Shown: positions 24,002 through 34,648, counted from the stretch's first letter. The stretch is DNA of 64,000 bases from Nitrospirota bacterium (GCA_963741205.1 CAVUHW010000015.1:96001-160000); one strand, 5' to 3'. The notes: a model not told the origin generated them from the letters alone. Program-made: numbers and translations.

Positions 24002-24429
24002 AATTCTGGGATGCATCGGCAATTGTCCCTCTCTGCATTGATGAGGCGCAAACGGAAACAGCTCGGAGCATCGCAAAAGATGATGGAGCGCTCGTTGCAT
24101 GGTGGGGAAGCATCGTCGAATCGTATTCCGCCCTGGCTCGGCTGAGACGTGATAAAATTCTTTCTTCCGAAAACGAGGCGGAAGCCCTGGCCGTTCTTTC
24201 TGTACTGGCCGATGCATGGACTGAGATCGAACCGAGCGATGACATCCGGGAAATTACGAGACGGCTTCTCCAGAACTATCCGCTCCGGGCCGCGGACAGC
24301 CTTCAACTGGCCGCTGCCGTCGTTTGGTCAGGCAAAACGCCGAAAGGACACCACTTCGTCTGCCTTGACGCAAGACTGCGGGAAGCGGCGGTTAAAGAAG
24401 GGTTTACCGTTCTTCCTCAAAAACTGTAA
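23998..24429 (+). CDS. vapC: PIN-domain toxin
   Basis: FWDASAIVPL, LRAADSLQLAAA, CLDARL. Confidence 0.9.
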   Translation: MKFWDASAIVPLCIDEAQTETARSIAKDDGALVAWWGSIVESYSALARLRRDKILSSENEAEALAVLSVLADAWTEIEPSDDIREITRRLLQNYPLRAADSLQLAAAVVWSGKTPKGHHFVCLDARLREAAVKEGFTVLPQKL

Positions 24430-24536
24430 TCATCCTCATGTTTATTAAAAAGGAATAGTTGTAACCCGGAGGTCGGCAGAGCAACGCGAAGCCCGATGCC
24501 TCAAATTTGAACGATCTTCACGAATAATTGAATCTC

Positions 24537-26272
24537 ATGACGCAAACTACCTCCCATAGCAAGGCCCTCGTGAACGTGCTGGGCGTGGTCTACCTCCACA
24601 GTAAAACGGAGGACGGGGGGGACCTCTACCTTACCCGGCACGCCGAGTCCCACCAGGGGCACCTCGAGATCGAGAACTGGTACGAAGAGAAATGGTTCAC
24701 CGAGCAAACCGGGTGCGGCTGCTGGGGACCAGCTCGGTGTACCTCGTCCCGACCAAGCCGGTGGACGGCACGAGTCTCGACCTGGTGGTCAAGCACAACC
24801 GCGTGGGGGAGGACGTTCCCCTGAACACCCACACCCTGCAGGAATTCATGAGTACCGAGTTCAACAGCCCCTGGGAGGAGTTCTCCCTGGTCATGGAGAT
24901 GGGAGACAAGCACGTCGGCCAGCGGCTGCAGTGGATCAGGGTCCAGCGGCCCCTGGCGATCTATGTGCCGCCCCAGCGGATGCAGATATGGCAGAGCGGC
25001 AGGTCCCGGGCAAAGATCAACCGCATCCGCGCGCGCCATCCCGGCGTCGACCTGGACATCCTCAAACAGTACAAGCTCATCTACGAATGGATCCGCGGCA
25101 AGAACCTGGTCGAGATCTTCGAACACATCAGAGCTCGACCTCCCCGACATCGTGCATCATCTGCAGGCCATGCAGAAGATGGCGCTCGAGGACCTGAGGA
25201 AAAAAGAGTACCTCATGGCGGACATGAAGCCCGAGCACGTGATCCTCGACGACGAGGACTGCCAGCGGATCGAGAAGGCGGGCGACGAGCGGGGGCGCCG
25301 AAGCGGCGGAGAAGCAGGTGGACATGGTCTACAAGCTCCTGCACGCGGGAAAGTACTCGGTGATCGACTATGAACTGCTCTTCCGGACGCCCGAGCACGA
25401 GGACCGGGTCAAGGCATCGAGGCGCCATTCCTACCTGGACGACATGCGGGACCGGTTTACGCCCACGCCCCTGCCCTCGCACCTGAGCCGCACGGAGATC
25501 TTCAAGGTGCCGTACATCTTCGGCTACGCGGAAAGCACCGGCGGCCGGATGTGGGTCGTGGGAAGGAACGCGCGCCTGTTCGATTACTTCCTCCCCGAGC
25601 GCTGGCGGAAGACCCCCTCCCTGAGCCTGTCCGATACGAACGAGGTGTTCTACACGGTAACCAAGGACAACATCCATCTCGTCTGGAAAACGTCGCGGGT
25701 GGGCGAGATCCCCACGGACGCCGAATACGGCCCCGACGAGATCGAGAAGATCAGGCACTACGGGATCAACAGCCCCTTCGAGGAGTTCGCCATTTCCCAG
25801 GAGCTCAACGGACTGGGCATCCACGCCGTGTACGTGCGGGCGATCTACATGACCGGCAGCTTGAAGGTGGAAATATCGATCGATTCCCGGAAGTATCAGT
25901 CGCACAAGGACGATCGTCGACATCGACGGCAGTCCTGTTTTGGCGCCGGAGCACAACTACATCACGATCCGCGGCTACTACAACGGCCCGGACGAATGGG
26001 TGTCGCGGCACGAGGAGGCGTCCCTGCTCACGCCCATGGATCTCGCCAGGGCGGTGCGGAGAAAGATCATCGACGAAGCGCAATGCCGGATGTACCTGGA
26101 AAGGGTGAAGGAGCGGCTGCGCAGCGCGGGCTTCGACGGCTCGCTGCTCAAGGCGCATGATCTTCTCCTGGCCCTGGACTCCAAAGGGCGGATCATGAAT
26201 GACGCAACCGGCGAGCCGGACATCATCATCTGCAATTTCGAGACGATCTGGAAGGTGTCCGGAGCGGCGTGA
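24537..26272 (+). CDS. Uncharacterised protein with two tandem kinase-like domains (four frameshifts)
   Basis: Domain 1: LVVKHNRVGE, NSPWEEF, ADMKPEHV, IDYE. Domain 2: LVWKTSRVGE, NSPFEEF, LLKAHDLLL, CNFE. Confidence 0.7.
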
Positions 26273-26432
26273 TCAGCGGCCCCTGCCCGCAGGGAAAAGG
26301 GACGGGCGATAGGGGTCCAATAAAGAGGATGACAACGGGCGGTCTTGATTTTCGAGACCGTCTGTTTTTTTGCGAGCAGGCAGGTGCTCCGGAACATCCG
26401 GGGAAGAATCAAATCCTCGACGGATATCTCCC

Positions 26433-26478
26433 TTGACAATCAATGTTACATGTGTTACATTAATATCAAAAGTTACAT
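26433..26478 (+). promoter_or_regulatory. Sigma70 promoter with three GTTACAT boxes (chr cluster operator)
   Basis: TTGACA at 26433, 17-bp spacer, TACATT; GTTACAT at 26445, 26454 and 26472. Confidence 0.75.
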
Positions 26479-26491
26479 AAGGAGGTGCCCT

Positions 26492-26756
26492 ATGAAACGG
26501 ATTCTACAAAATCTTTCGGACATGCTGGCGGATGCGGCCCTGCTCGAAATGGGCGTGGACGCGGTGACGGCCGCGAGCGCGACGCTTCCTCCGGGACTCG
26601 GAAACCCTCGAGGAGAACCTTATCGAAGTGGCCTTTGCCGAGGCCGCGGACTATGACGACATCCATGAAGCGATCCTGCGAGAGCACAGACAGGAACGGG
26701 ATGTTGCCCGCCCCGACGACTGCCAGTATGGCGACAACGACCCGTGCTTCGCGTAA
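26492..26756 (+). CDS. Small acidic protein (about 87 aa) with VAFAEA motif; one frameshift; not recovered intact by the ORF track
   Basis: RBS TAAGGAGGT; MKRILQNLSDMLADAALLEMG... then ETLEENLIEVAFAEAADYDDIHEAILREH...DDCQYGDNDPCFA*. Confidence 0.7.
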
Positions 26757-26810
26757 GCGGCGCTTCTTCTCAAAATGGTATAAAGAATTAAACGAAAACA
26801 TTAAACTCGT

Positions 26811-26918
26811 CTCTCGCAAAGACGCAAAGCGCGCAAAGAAATACCTGCACGTCTTGAATTTAAACAATAAACCTTTTTGTTTTTGCCGTTCTTTGCGGCC
26901 TTCGCGTCCTTGCGAGAA
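26811..26918. repeat. Palindromic element (CGCAAAGACGCAAAG family)
   Basis: TCTCGCAAAGACGCAAAGCGCGCAAAG...CTTTGCGGCCTTCGCGTCCTTGCGAGA. Confidence 0.85.
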
Positions 26919-26969
26919 AATGCTTTGCTCCGGCTTGTCCGGGTCAGGAATCAGAGGAGAATCATAGTC

Positions 26970-27952
26970 ATGCCGAAGGCAGCGATCCAGGAGTGGCTTT
27001 TGATCTTTTATAGTGTCCCGTCCCAACCAGTAAGCAACCGCATGAAGATCTGGAGAAAACTCTCGAAGGCGGGGGCGGTGCAACTCAAGGGCGCGGTCTA
27101 CATCCTGCCGGCAACGGAGGAGCACGAGGAGTTCCTGCAGTGGCTCATCGGGGAGGTAAAGTCCATGGGCGGTGACGGCGCGTTCGTCAGGACCGCCGAG
27201 GTCAAAACCATGACCGAGGCCGACATCCGCGAGCTTTTCCTGCGCCAGGCGGAAGAGGGATACCGGGGTTTTGAGAAGAACCTCGACGCGCTTGAGCGGA
27301 AGGTGCAGAGCTTCAGAAAAGGCGCGCAGGGCGATGAAGGCGGCAAACTTGCGGACCTCGCCAATAAACTCGCCAAGGAACTGGACGAACATCACAAGCG
27401 GGATTTCTTCTCCTCACCCCTCGGCGTCGTTATGCAGAAACGCATGCAGGCCCTTGACAGCCGGACTCCGGGGGATCGGCAGGGCGGCCGCGGAAACACC
27501 GGCAGCGATAAAATCGAAAAGCGTCGAAGACTACCAGGGCCGCGTCTGGGCCACTCGGAAGAAACCCTTTATCGATCGCATGGCATCGGCCTGGCTCATC
27601 AAACGGTTCATCGACCCGAAGGCCTCATTCCTCTTCATCGAGGAGCATGAAATCGCAGGGCTCGACGGAAGGGTAGTGGCCTTCGACGTACGCGGCGCCG
27701 AATTTACCCACGTCGGCGAGCTCTGCACCTTCGAGGTGCTCATAAAATCCTTCGGGATCAGGGACAAGGCGGTCCGGAAGATCGCCGAGATCGTGCACGA
27801 TCTCGACGTAAAGGATGAGAAGTACGGAAATCCCGAAGCCGCGGGCGTGGAGGGCATCCTGTCCGGTATTCGTAAAACCGCGAAGAAACGACGCCGACGC
27901 CCTGGAGCGGGGTATGGCGGTGTTCGAGATGCTGTACCAATCCAAGTCGTGA
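26970..27952 (+). CDS. chrB: Chromate resistance regulator ChrB (frameshifted)
   Basis: RMKIWRKL...GAVYILP; WATRKKPFIDRMASAWLIKRFIDP; FTHVGELCTFE. Confidence 0.9.
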
Positions 27953-27992
27953 CACTAAGACTATCGTTCGTAAAGCATCATATCCACACGTC

Positions 27993-28065
27993 GTCATTCC
28001 GGGCTCGACCCGGAATCCATTTGCTTTTCGATACAAACATGGATTCCTGCATCCGCAGGAATGAC
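27993..28065. repeat. REP-like double hairpin
   Basis: GTCATTCCGGGCTCGACCCGGAATCCA...TGGATTCCTGCATCCGCAGGAATGAC. Confidence 0.85.
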
Positions 28066-28120
28066 AAAAAGTGGTTTTATTTCAGAAGGACTTAGTAAAC
28101 AGGAAGCAGGGGGAACGCGC

Positions 28121-29396
28121 ATGACAGGCGAAAAGATCAGCTTCCGTGAGGCCTTGAGTTACTGGCTCAAACTCGGGTTCATCAGCTTCGGCGGTCCTAC
28201 CGGTCAGATCGCCATGATGCACAAGGAAGTGGTGGAGAATAAGAAGTGGATGCCCGAAGACCACTTCCTTCACGCCCTGAATTTCTGCATGCTCCTGCCC
28301 GGCCCGGAGGCGCAGCAGCTTGCGACCTACATCGGCTGGCTTCTCCATGGGACGCGGGGGGCGCTCGCCGCGGGCATTCTTTTCGTACTCCCTTCCGTCT
28401 TCATCCTCTGGGGTTTGAGCTGGATCTATGTTGCGCTGGGGACCATTCCCTCTGTTGCCGCGCTTTTCTTCGGCCTCAAACCCGCCGTCGCGGCCATTGT
28501 TGCGGAAGCGGTGATCCGCATCGGCAAAAAGTCGCTCAAGAATAAAGCGCTGATGTCTCTCGCCGCCCTGTCGTTCATCTCGATATATTTCTTTAATGTC
28601 CCGTTTCCGGCGATCGTCCTTTCGGCCGGCATCATCGGCTATGTGCTGAATGAGCGCTTGACCGGAGCTCCGGCAGCCATCCCTGTGCCGAAGGATAGGG
28701 ATGACCTCAAAGCCGGGGTGACGAATGGCTGGCTTCGTGCTCTCAAGATCGGCGCGCTCGGCCTCCTGCTCTGGTTCCTGCCTCTTCTGCTGATCGGCCT
28801 CTGGCGCGGCTGGGATGACATTCTCGTGGATATCGGCATCCTCTTCACCAAGGCGGCGATCGTGACCTTCGGAGGGGCCTATGCCGTTCTCGGCTATATC
28901 GGCCAGCAGGCCGTGGGTCATTACGGCTGGCTTATTGCCCGAGCAGATGATGGACGGCCTCGGCCTGGCCGAGACCACGCCGGGTCCGCTGATCATGGTG
29001 AACCAGTTCGTGGCCTATGTCGCGGCCTACACGCACGCGCCGGGGCTCCCTCCCGCGCTCGCGGGTGCGATCGGAGGGCTGCTAGCGACCTGGGTCACCT
29101 TCACGCCGTCCATGCTCTGGATCTTCATCGGCGCGCCGTACATCGAGGCGCTGCGGCGAAACGTGAAGCTCGCCTCCGCCCTGGTTGCCATCACCGCGGC
29201 CGTCGTAGGCGTGGTGCTGAATCTCGGCGTGACCTTCACCCGCCATACCTTGTTCCCGGATGCCGGGGGATTCGAATGGTACTCTCTTGCGGCATCGCTG
29301 ATCGCCTTTATCGGAATGCAGTACGGGAAGTGGCCGATGATACCGGTGATCGCCGGTTCCGCCGTCGCAGGATATATCTGGAAAATGATCGTTTGA
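28121..29396 (+). CDS. chrA: CHR-family chromate/oxyanion transporter, long-chain (one frameshift)
   Basis: KLGFISFGGPTGQIA, LPGPEAQQLA, TFGGAYAVL, ETTPGPLI. Confidence 0.95.
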
Positions 29397-29429
29397 ACGT
29401 CAGTGCTGAAACCTTAAGGAGGACTAATT

Positions 29430-29714
29430 ATGCCGCCAATAGCAAGTCATACGAAAGCAAGCCAGGAAAGAACGGGGAAAAATTACCAGGACATTCACGA
29501 ATGGCTCGATCTGGACCCGGCCACAAAAGCGGAACGTCACGATATCACCAAAATCTTTGAATTCGGTCAGATGATTGAAGAAAAGTACGGGAAGGAAGGC
29601 CGCGAGGAATACATCCGTCATCTACATGACGACGTAAAGGCAAAGTTTAGTCATTTGCAGCACGATTTCGAAAAGCAGATCGCGGACACGCTCGCTTATT
29701 TCGGAGTAAAGTGA
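29430..29714 (+). CDS. Small His-rich hypothetical protein (DUF6915-like pattern)
   Basis: RBS AAGGAGG; SH..S..RTG..Y.DIHEWLD...ERHD...HLHDD. Confidence 0.7.
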   Translation: MPPIASHTKASQERTGKNYQDIHEWLDLDPATKAERHDITKIFEFGQMIEEKYGKEGREEYIRHLHDDVKAKFSHLQHDFEKQIADTLAYFGVK

Positions 29715-29736
29715 CCGGACGGAAGGAGCAAATACC

Positions 29737-30291
29737 ATGGGATACACAATACAGAAATCCGATGTTGCCATACTCCGCACGGCCGGAGTTTCTGAAGACG
29801 ACATCACGCACAGTGTGAAGGTTGCTGAAAAGGCGCTTGAAATCGTGCGGCGCATCAACGGGAACGGCATTGACCAGGAGCTTGTTGGAAGAGGGGGTTT
29901 GTTCCATGACCTGGGAAAGGCAAAGACGCATGAAATGGAACACGGCAAGATCGGGGCGGAACTCGGCAGACAGCTCGGCCTGCCGGAGGAGATCACTGCT
30001 ATCATGGAGAAACACATCCGGGGAGGACTTACGGAGCCCGAAGCGAAGGAACTGGGACTTCCGGTGAAGGACTACACCCTCCGGAGGCTGGAAGAGCGAA
30101 TCGTGATCTACGCGGACCGGCTGGTGGACATCATCAATGATGGGATCGTGACGATAAAATCAGAAAGAGAGGCCGAGGAGCGGTTCGAAGAAATCCTCAG
30201 GACCTATCCTAAGTACGGCAAGAACGCCATCACCCTGGAGCGCTATCTCGGGTACCACCGGGAGATCCAGGGGCTGATGCAAAAGCGCTGA
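29737..30291 (+). CDS. HD-domain phosphohydrolase (HDIG type)
   Basis: HSVKV, FHDLGK, EHG, KHIRGG, YADRL. Confidence 0.9.
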   Translation: MGYTIQKSDVAILRTAGVSEDDITHSVKVAEKALEIVRRINGNGIDQELVGRGGLFHDLGKAKTHEMEHGKIGAELGRQLGLPEEITAIMEKHIRGGLTEPEAKELGLPVKDYTLRRLEERIVIYADRLVDIINDGIVTIKSEREAEERFEEILRTYPKYGKNAITLERYLGYHREIQGLMQKR

Positions 30292-30305
30292 AGAGGAGAA
30301 TAATC

Positions 30306-30770
30306 ATGAAATGGATTACGCGAGAGAAAGTAAAGGTTGACCGCGTGGCTTGTCCCTGGCTCATCAAGAAGTTCGTGGACAAGGATGCGGAATTCTTTTT
30401 CGTTCCCGCCGATAAGGTGCAGGCCGAGGCACTACGCCTGGGCGCGATACCGTTTGACGTTCCGGGGGCGGAGCTTGGCCACCACGGCAGGGAGTGCTCC
30501 TTTGAGGCTATCGTGAAGAAATACAAGCTGACCGGAGACCCGGCACTCTCGCTTCTCGCCAGGATCGTAAACGGAGCCGACACGGATAACAGCCTGTACG
30601 AGCAGGCCGAAGGCCCGGGCCTGAACGCCATCGCCGAGGGGTTCCGGCACATGAATTTTGCCGACGACCACGAGATCAATGCAGCTGAATGGATCGTGTA
30701 CGACGCTCTCTATGCCTATTGCATGGAGATGTTCAGGCAGGGAAAGCCCCATGGCGCATATCGCACGTGA
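30306..30770 (+). CDS. Stand-alone ChrB C-terminal domain protein (ChrF-like)
   Basis: MKWITRE..KVDRVACPWLIKKFVD, HHGRECSFE, GADT. Confidence 0.9.
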   Translation: MKWITREKVKVDRVACPWLIKKFVDKDAEFFFVPADKVQAEALRLGAIPFDVPGAELGHHGRECSFEAIVKKYKLTGDPALSLLARIVNGADTDNSLYEQAEGPGLNAIAEGFRHMNFADDHEINAAEWIVYDALYAYCMEMFRQGKPHGAYRT

Positions 30771-31969
30771 CGTTGTCCTTCTCTTCACAGCCAGGAGCTT
30801 CCGCCTCTTCGCCTACGGCGCGCTCTCGGTGGTCCTGGCCCTTTACCTCCATGAGGCCGGGCTTTCCGGGGCCGAGATCGGGCTTCTCTTCACGCTGACG
30901 CTCGCCGGAGACGCCGGCATCTCTCTCTGGATCACGACCAGCGCGGACCGGATAGGGCGAAAGAAGATGCTCCTTGTGGGCGCCGGGCTTATGGTCATGG
31001 CCGGGGTGGTGTTCAGCCTGACCGGAAACCCGGTCCTGCTCATGATCGCGGGCGTCATCGGCGTGATCAGCCCAAGCGGCCACGAGATCGGGCCTTTTCT
31101 CTCGCTGGAGCAGGCGGCCCTTTCGCAGCTTCTCCCTGCCGAAGAACGGACAAGGGCCTTTGCCCGGTACAACCTCGCCGGTTCGCTCGCAGGCGCGGCA
31201 GGCGCCCTTGCAGGCGGCTTTCTGTCCAAATTTTTGATGAATGCAGGATTTTCCGAGCTTATCTCCTACCGCGCGGTGATCATCGGCTACGCTGCCTGCG
31301 GTATCGTACTCGTTTTCCTGTTCCTGAATCTATCGGAAGCCGTCGAGGCTGGCGAAGTCGCCCCTGCGGCAACCTGCTGCAAAGCGAGTGCTCGGGCTAC
31401 ACAAGTCAAAGGGAGTAGTACTGAAGCTCTCCGGACTCTTCGCACTCGACGCCTTTGCCGGCGGGTTCGTGATCCAGAGCATGGTGGCCTACTGGTTTCA
31501 CATCAAGTTCGGCGCGGACGCCGGGCTCCTGGGAAGCATCTTCTTCGGCGCCAATATCCTGGCGGGCGTCTCGGCCCTGCTCGCTGCGCGAATCGCCTCG
31601 CGCATCGGCCTGATCAACACCATGGTCTTCACGCACATCCCTTCGAACGTGCTCCTGTGCTTAGTACCACTCATGCCGAGCCTGCCCTGGGCCATCGCCG
31701 TTCTGATGCTGCGCTTCAGCATCTCGCAGATGGACGTGCCCACCCGCCAGTCCTACACCATGGCCGTGGTCGCGCCCGACGAGCGTTCCGCAGCCTCAGG
31801 CGTCACGACCATCGCCCGCTCCGTGGGCGCTGCGATCTCGCCCGCCCTCGCCGGGACAATGCTTGCTATCCCGTCTCTCCTGAGCGCACCTTTCCTCGTA
31901 GCCGGCGGGCTCAAGATCGTCTACGACCTGCTCCTGTACCGGAGCTTCCGGAAGGCCGACGTAGCGTGA
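30751..31969 (+). CDS. MFS transporter (one frameshift)
   Basis: Multiple TM helices; ADRIGRK motif A; SQMDVPTRQSY. Confidence 0.9.
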
Positions 31970-32427
31970 TCGGCAGGAGGCCCGCCAATCGTCTTGACAA
32001 ATAGACCTACTTCCTTAATAATCAGCAGTGCCACCAATCTACCGGAGTCTTGTGAAGTTCAGGCGCAACTGCCGCGTTAGAAGCAATAAATGATCGAAAT
32101 TGCTCGCGGAATGCCCAATATTGAGGCATTCCGAGGCTTTTCACCTGTATGGCCGCGCTCGTTTTAATTGGGATGATTCCGCCACGATGTGCGGCCGAAT
32201 TCGCACACTCGCCATATAAGCATGAGGGCACGTTCAGAGCCGAAGAGGCAATTTAAGAGAGGTCTTCGCGGGACAGCGCCAGCTGCTGCGGTCGCATCTC
32301 TATTTATTCTGCTTCGTTGGCGGCAAGTGGGTGATCAAGTATCGTTTCACACACCCCAGATTTTTAGATGCAACGAACGAAATCGATGAGTTCATGAGGG
32401 ACTTATCATGGACTTTTATTTGATTCT

Positions 32428-33393
32428 ATGAATACATCTCCTTCCTACACCATTCTCATCACCGGCCTCGGCGCGCTGGGCACCGTGTTCGCGACGCTCA
32501 TGAAGAAGGCGGGCCACAGGGTCTTCGCCCTCGCGAGGGAGAACTGCCGCTGCGCGGTTGCGGACGGGCAGCTCCGGGTCACGGGCATCTGGGGAGAGCA
32601 CGAGGCAAGGCTTGACGGCATTTACAGCGACGTTGATCCGCTTAAAAAAGAAAAGTTCGACCTGATCATCCTGACGGTCAAGTCCTACGACACGGAAGCG
32701 GCCGTCAGGCAGGTCGCGCCGCTCGCGGGCAGGGACACCCTGGTGATCACGGCCCAGAACGGATACGGTAATTACGAGCTCGTGTGCGACGCTGTCGGGA
32801 AAGAGCGTGCGCTCCTGGCCAGGATCATTTTCGGCGCGAAACTGCATTCGGCCGGCAGGGCCGAGGTCACGGTCATTGCAGACGACGTCCGCATCGGACA
32901 ACCGCACGGCGCGGTTCCCCGCGAGCGGATCGAGGATATTGCAGAGGCGTTCCGGGCCGCGGGCATCCCGACCGCGTACGCCGGAAACGTGGAGGCTATC
33001 CTGTGGGACAAGATCCTCTACAACTGCGCGCTCAACCCTCTGGGAGCAGTCCTCGAGTGTACGTACGGGCAGCTCGCGGAGAACGCCGAAACGCGGCGGA
33101 TCATGGACGCCGTCATCGATGAAATCTTCCAGGTCGCCCGGGCGCACGGGATAACCCTGAACTGGGCCTCGCCGGAAACGTACCGGGAGCATTTCTATAC
33201 CCGTCTCATCCCGCCCACGGCTGCCCACTTTCCCTCGATGTATTACGACGTCAAGTGTTGCAAGCGGCTAGAAATCGATGCGATGAACGGATCTATCGTA
33301 CGGCTCGCGCGGGAAAAGGGGATTTCCGTACCCGTGAACGAGACTATTACAAGCATCATCAAGGCGAAAGAGGCGCTGGCGCGGCATTCGTGA
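32428..33393 (+). CDS. panE: Ketopantoate reductase
   Basis: GLGALG, VKSYD, QNG, WDKILYNCALN, SMYYD, EIDAMNG. Confidence 0.9.
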   Translation: MNTSPSYTILITGLGALGTVFATLMKKAGHRVFALARENCRCAVADGQLRVTGIWGEHEARLDGIYSDVDPLKKEKFDLIILTVKSYDTEAAVRQVAPLAGRDTLVITAQNGYGNYELVCDAVGKERALLARIIFGAKLHSAGRAEVTVIADDVRIGQPHGAVPRERIEDIAEAFRAAGIPTAYAGNVEAILWDKILYNCALNPLGAVLECTYGQLAENAETRRIMDAVIDEIFQVARAHGITLNWASPETYREHFYTRLIPPTAAHFPSMYYDVKCCKRLEIDAMNGSIVRLAREKGISVPVNETITSIIKAKEALARHS

Positions 33394-33484
33394 CCCGGTT
33401 TTACGATTCCCGGCCCGGACAAGCCCCGATGAAATCGGGGCAGGCCGGCAGAGTCCCGCAACGCGGGAAACCAAAACCTTGGAA

Positions 33485-33733
33485 ACCGCAAAGACGCAAA
33501 GTTCGCAAAGAAGGGCACGGCTTACTTCTGATTTTAAAACCCAAGAATTGAAGCTTTTGTTTTAGTCAGGTTTTCCTCTGCGCCCTCTGCGTCTTTGCGA
33601 GAAAATTTCTTGCCATTTTGAGTAGAATTTGATTCCTTGGTTACTAATGCGAACGAAATAAATAATGTTACATCCCGGCAAGTCCCCCCTCACCCAACCC
33701 TCTCCCCTCTAGGGAGAGGACAAAGGAGAGGGG
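33485..33733. repeat. Cluster of palindromic elements (CGCAAAG family and CCCTCACCCAACCCTCTCCC...GGGAGAGG family)
   Basis: Inverted arms at 33485-33603 and 33682-33733. Confidence 0.7.
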
Positions 33734-33945
33734 CAAAGCAGGAACGAATCTGAATGCGTTTGTATTAATCCGGACAAACTGGAATAAAAAAACTTCAACA
33801 GGATTACAGGATAAAATCCGATGAAAGCATTTCATCTTGAAAATCCCGTCAATTCTGATATTCTGTCACAAAGGTCCGGATTTTTCTCAGTCCTTTTTGC
33901 GCAGAATCCGGGTCCTTGTTCACTTGCTTGCCAGCCGGAGGGTTT

Positions 33946-34392
33946 ATGGACGAGTTCATGGCAGCCGCGATGGCGGAGGCCGCGGCCGGGAAGGCGGAGG
34001 GCGGCATCCCGACCGGTTCGGTGCTGGTGTACGGCGGCCAGATCATCGGGCGCGGACATAACCGGCGCGTGCAGAAGGAAAGCGCCATCCTGCACGCCGT
34101 GATGGACGTGCTCGAAAACGCGGGACGGCTGTCGCCTGCGATCTACCGCGCCTCGACCATCTATACGACCCTGTCGCCCTGCGTCATGTGCGCCGGGGCG
34201 ATCCTCCTCTTCGGCATCCCGCGCGTGGTCATCGGGGAGAACCTGTCGTTCAAGGGAGAAGCGGACCTGCTCAAAAGCCGCGGCGTCAAGGTCGAGGTGC
34301 TGCAGGAGCCGCAATGCATGATGCGCATGATGCAGTTCATCCAGGCGGAGCCGGAGCTCTGGTCCGAAGACATCGGCGAGGAGCGGCCGTAA
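33946..34392 (+). CDS. Cytosine/nucleoside deaminase family protein (HAE motif reads HAV)
   Basis: GRGHNRRVQ, SAILHAVMD, TLSPCVMC, WSEDIGE. Confidence 0.88.
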   Translation: MDEFMAAAMAEAAAGKAEGGIPTGSVLVYGGQIIGRGHNRRVQKESAILHAVMDVLENAGRLSPAIYRASTIYTTLSPCVMCAGAILLFGIPRVVIGENLSFKGEADLLKSRGVKVEVLQEPQCMMRMMQFIQAEPELWSEDIGEERP

Positions 34393-34471
34393 GAAGAGAA
34401 GCGGAAAGCATGCCCGCCTTGTTCTGCTTTTTACGACTTCAGTAATTTTGTTGCTCAGAAAAGGAGGGGCT

Positions 34472-34621
34472 ATGCAACAGGACAAACATACGCCGTCCGA
34501 ACCTGAGGAGCCCGGGGAAGGGGAGGGTCATTCTCTTCTGAACATCGGGAAAACCGTGCTCCTCGTCGTGGTCCTGGTCGCAGCGTGGTACATTCTGGAG
34601 TGGCTGATGGGCGGCAAGTAG
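34472..34621 (+). CDS. 49-aa single-TM small protein (below ORF-track cutoff)
   Basis: RBS AAGGAGG; MQQDKHTPSEPEEPGEGEGHSLLNIGKTVLLVVVLVAAWYILEWLMGGK*. Confidence 0.7.
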   Translation: MQQDKHTPSEPEEPGEGEGHSLLNIGKTVLLVVVLVAAWYILEWLMGGK

Positions 34622-34648
34622 GAACATGCCGGAGAAGGTCCTGATACG

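Noticed and set aside
23400-24480. Mobile element or prophage around the toxin-antitoxin pair
   Set aside because: GC is lower, but no integrase, transposase, terminal repeats or att-like duplications are visible.
33460-33520. c-di-GMP-I riboswitch suggested by GACGCAAAG
   Set aside because: The motif belongs to the dispersed CGCAAAG palindrome family with a matching inverted arm; the P2/P3 architecture is absent.
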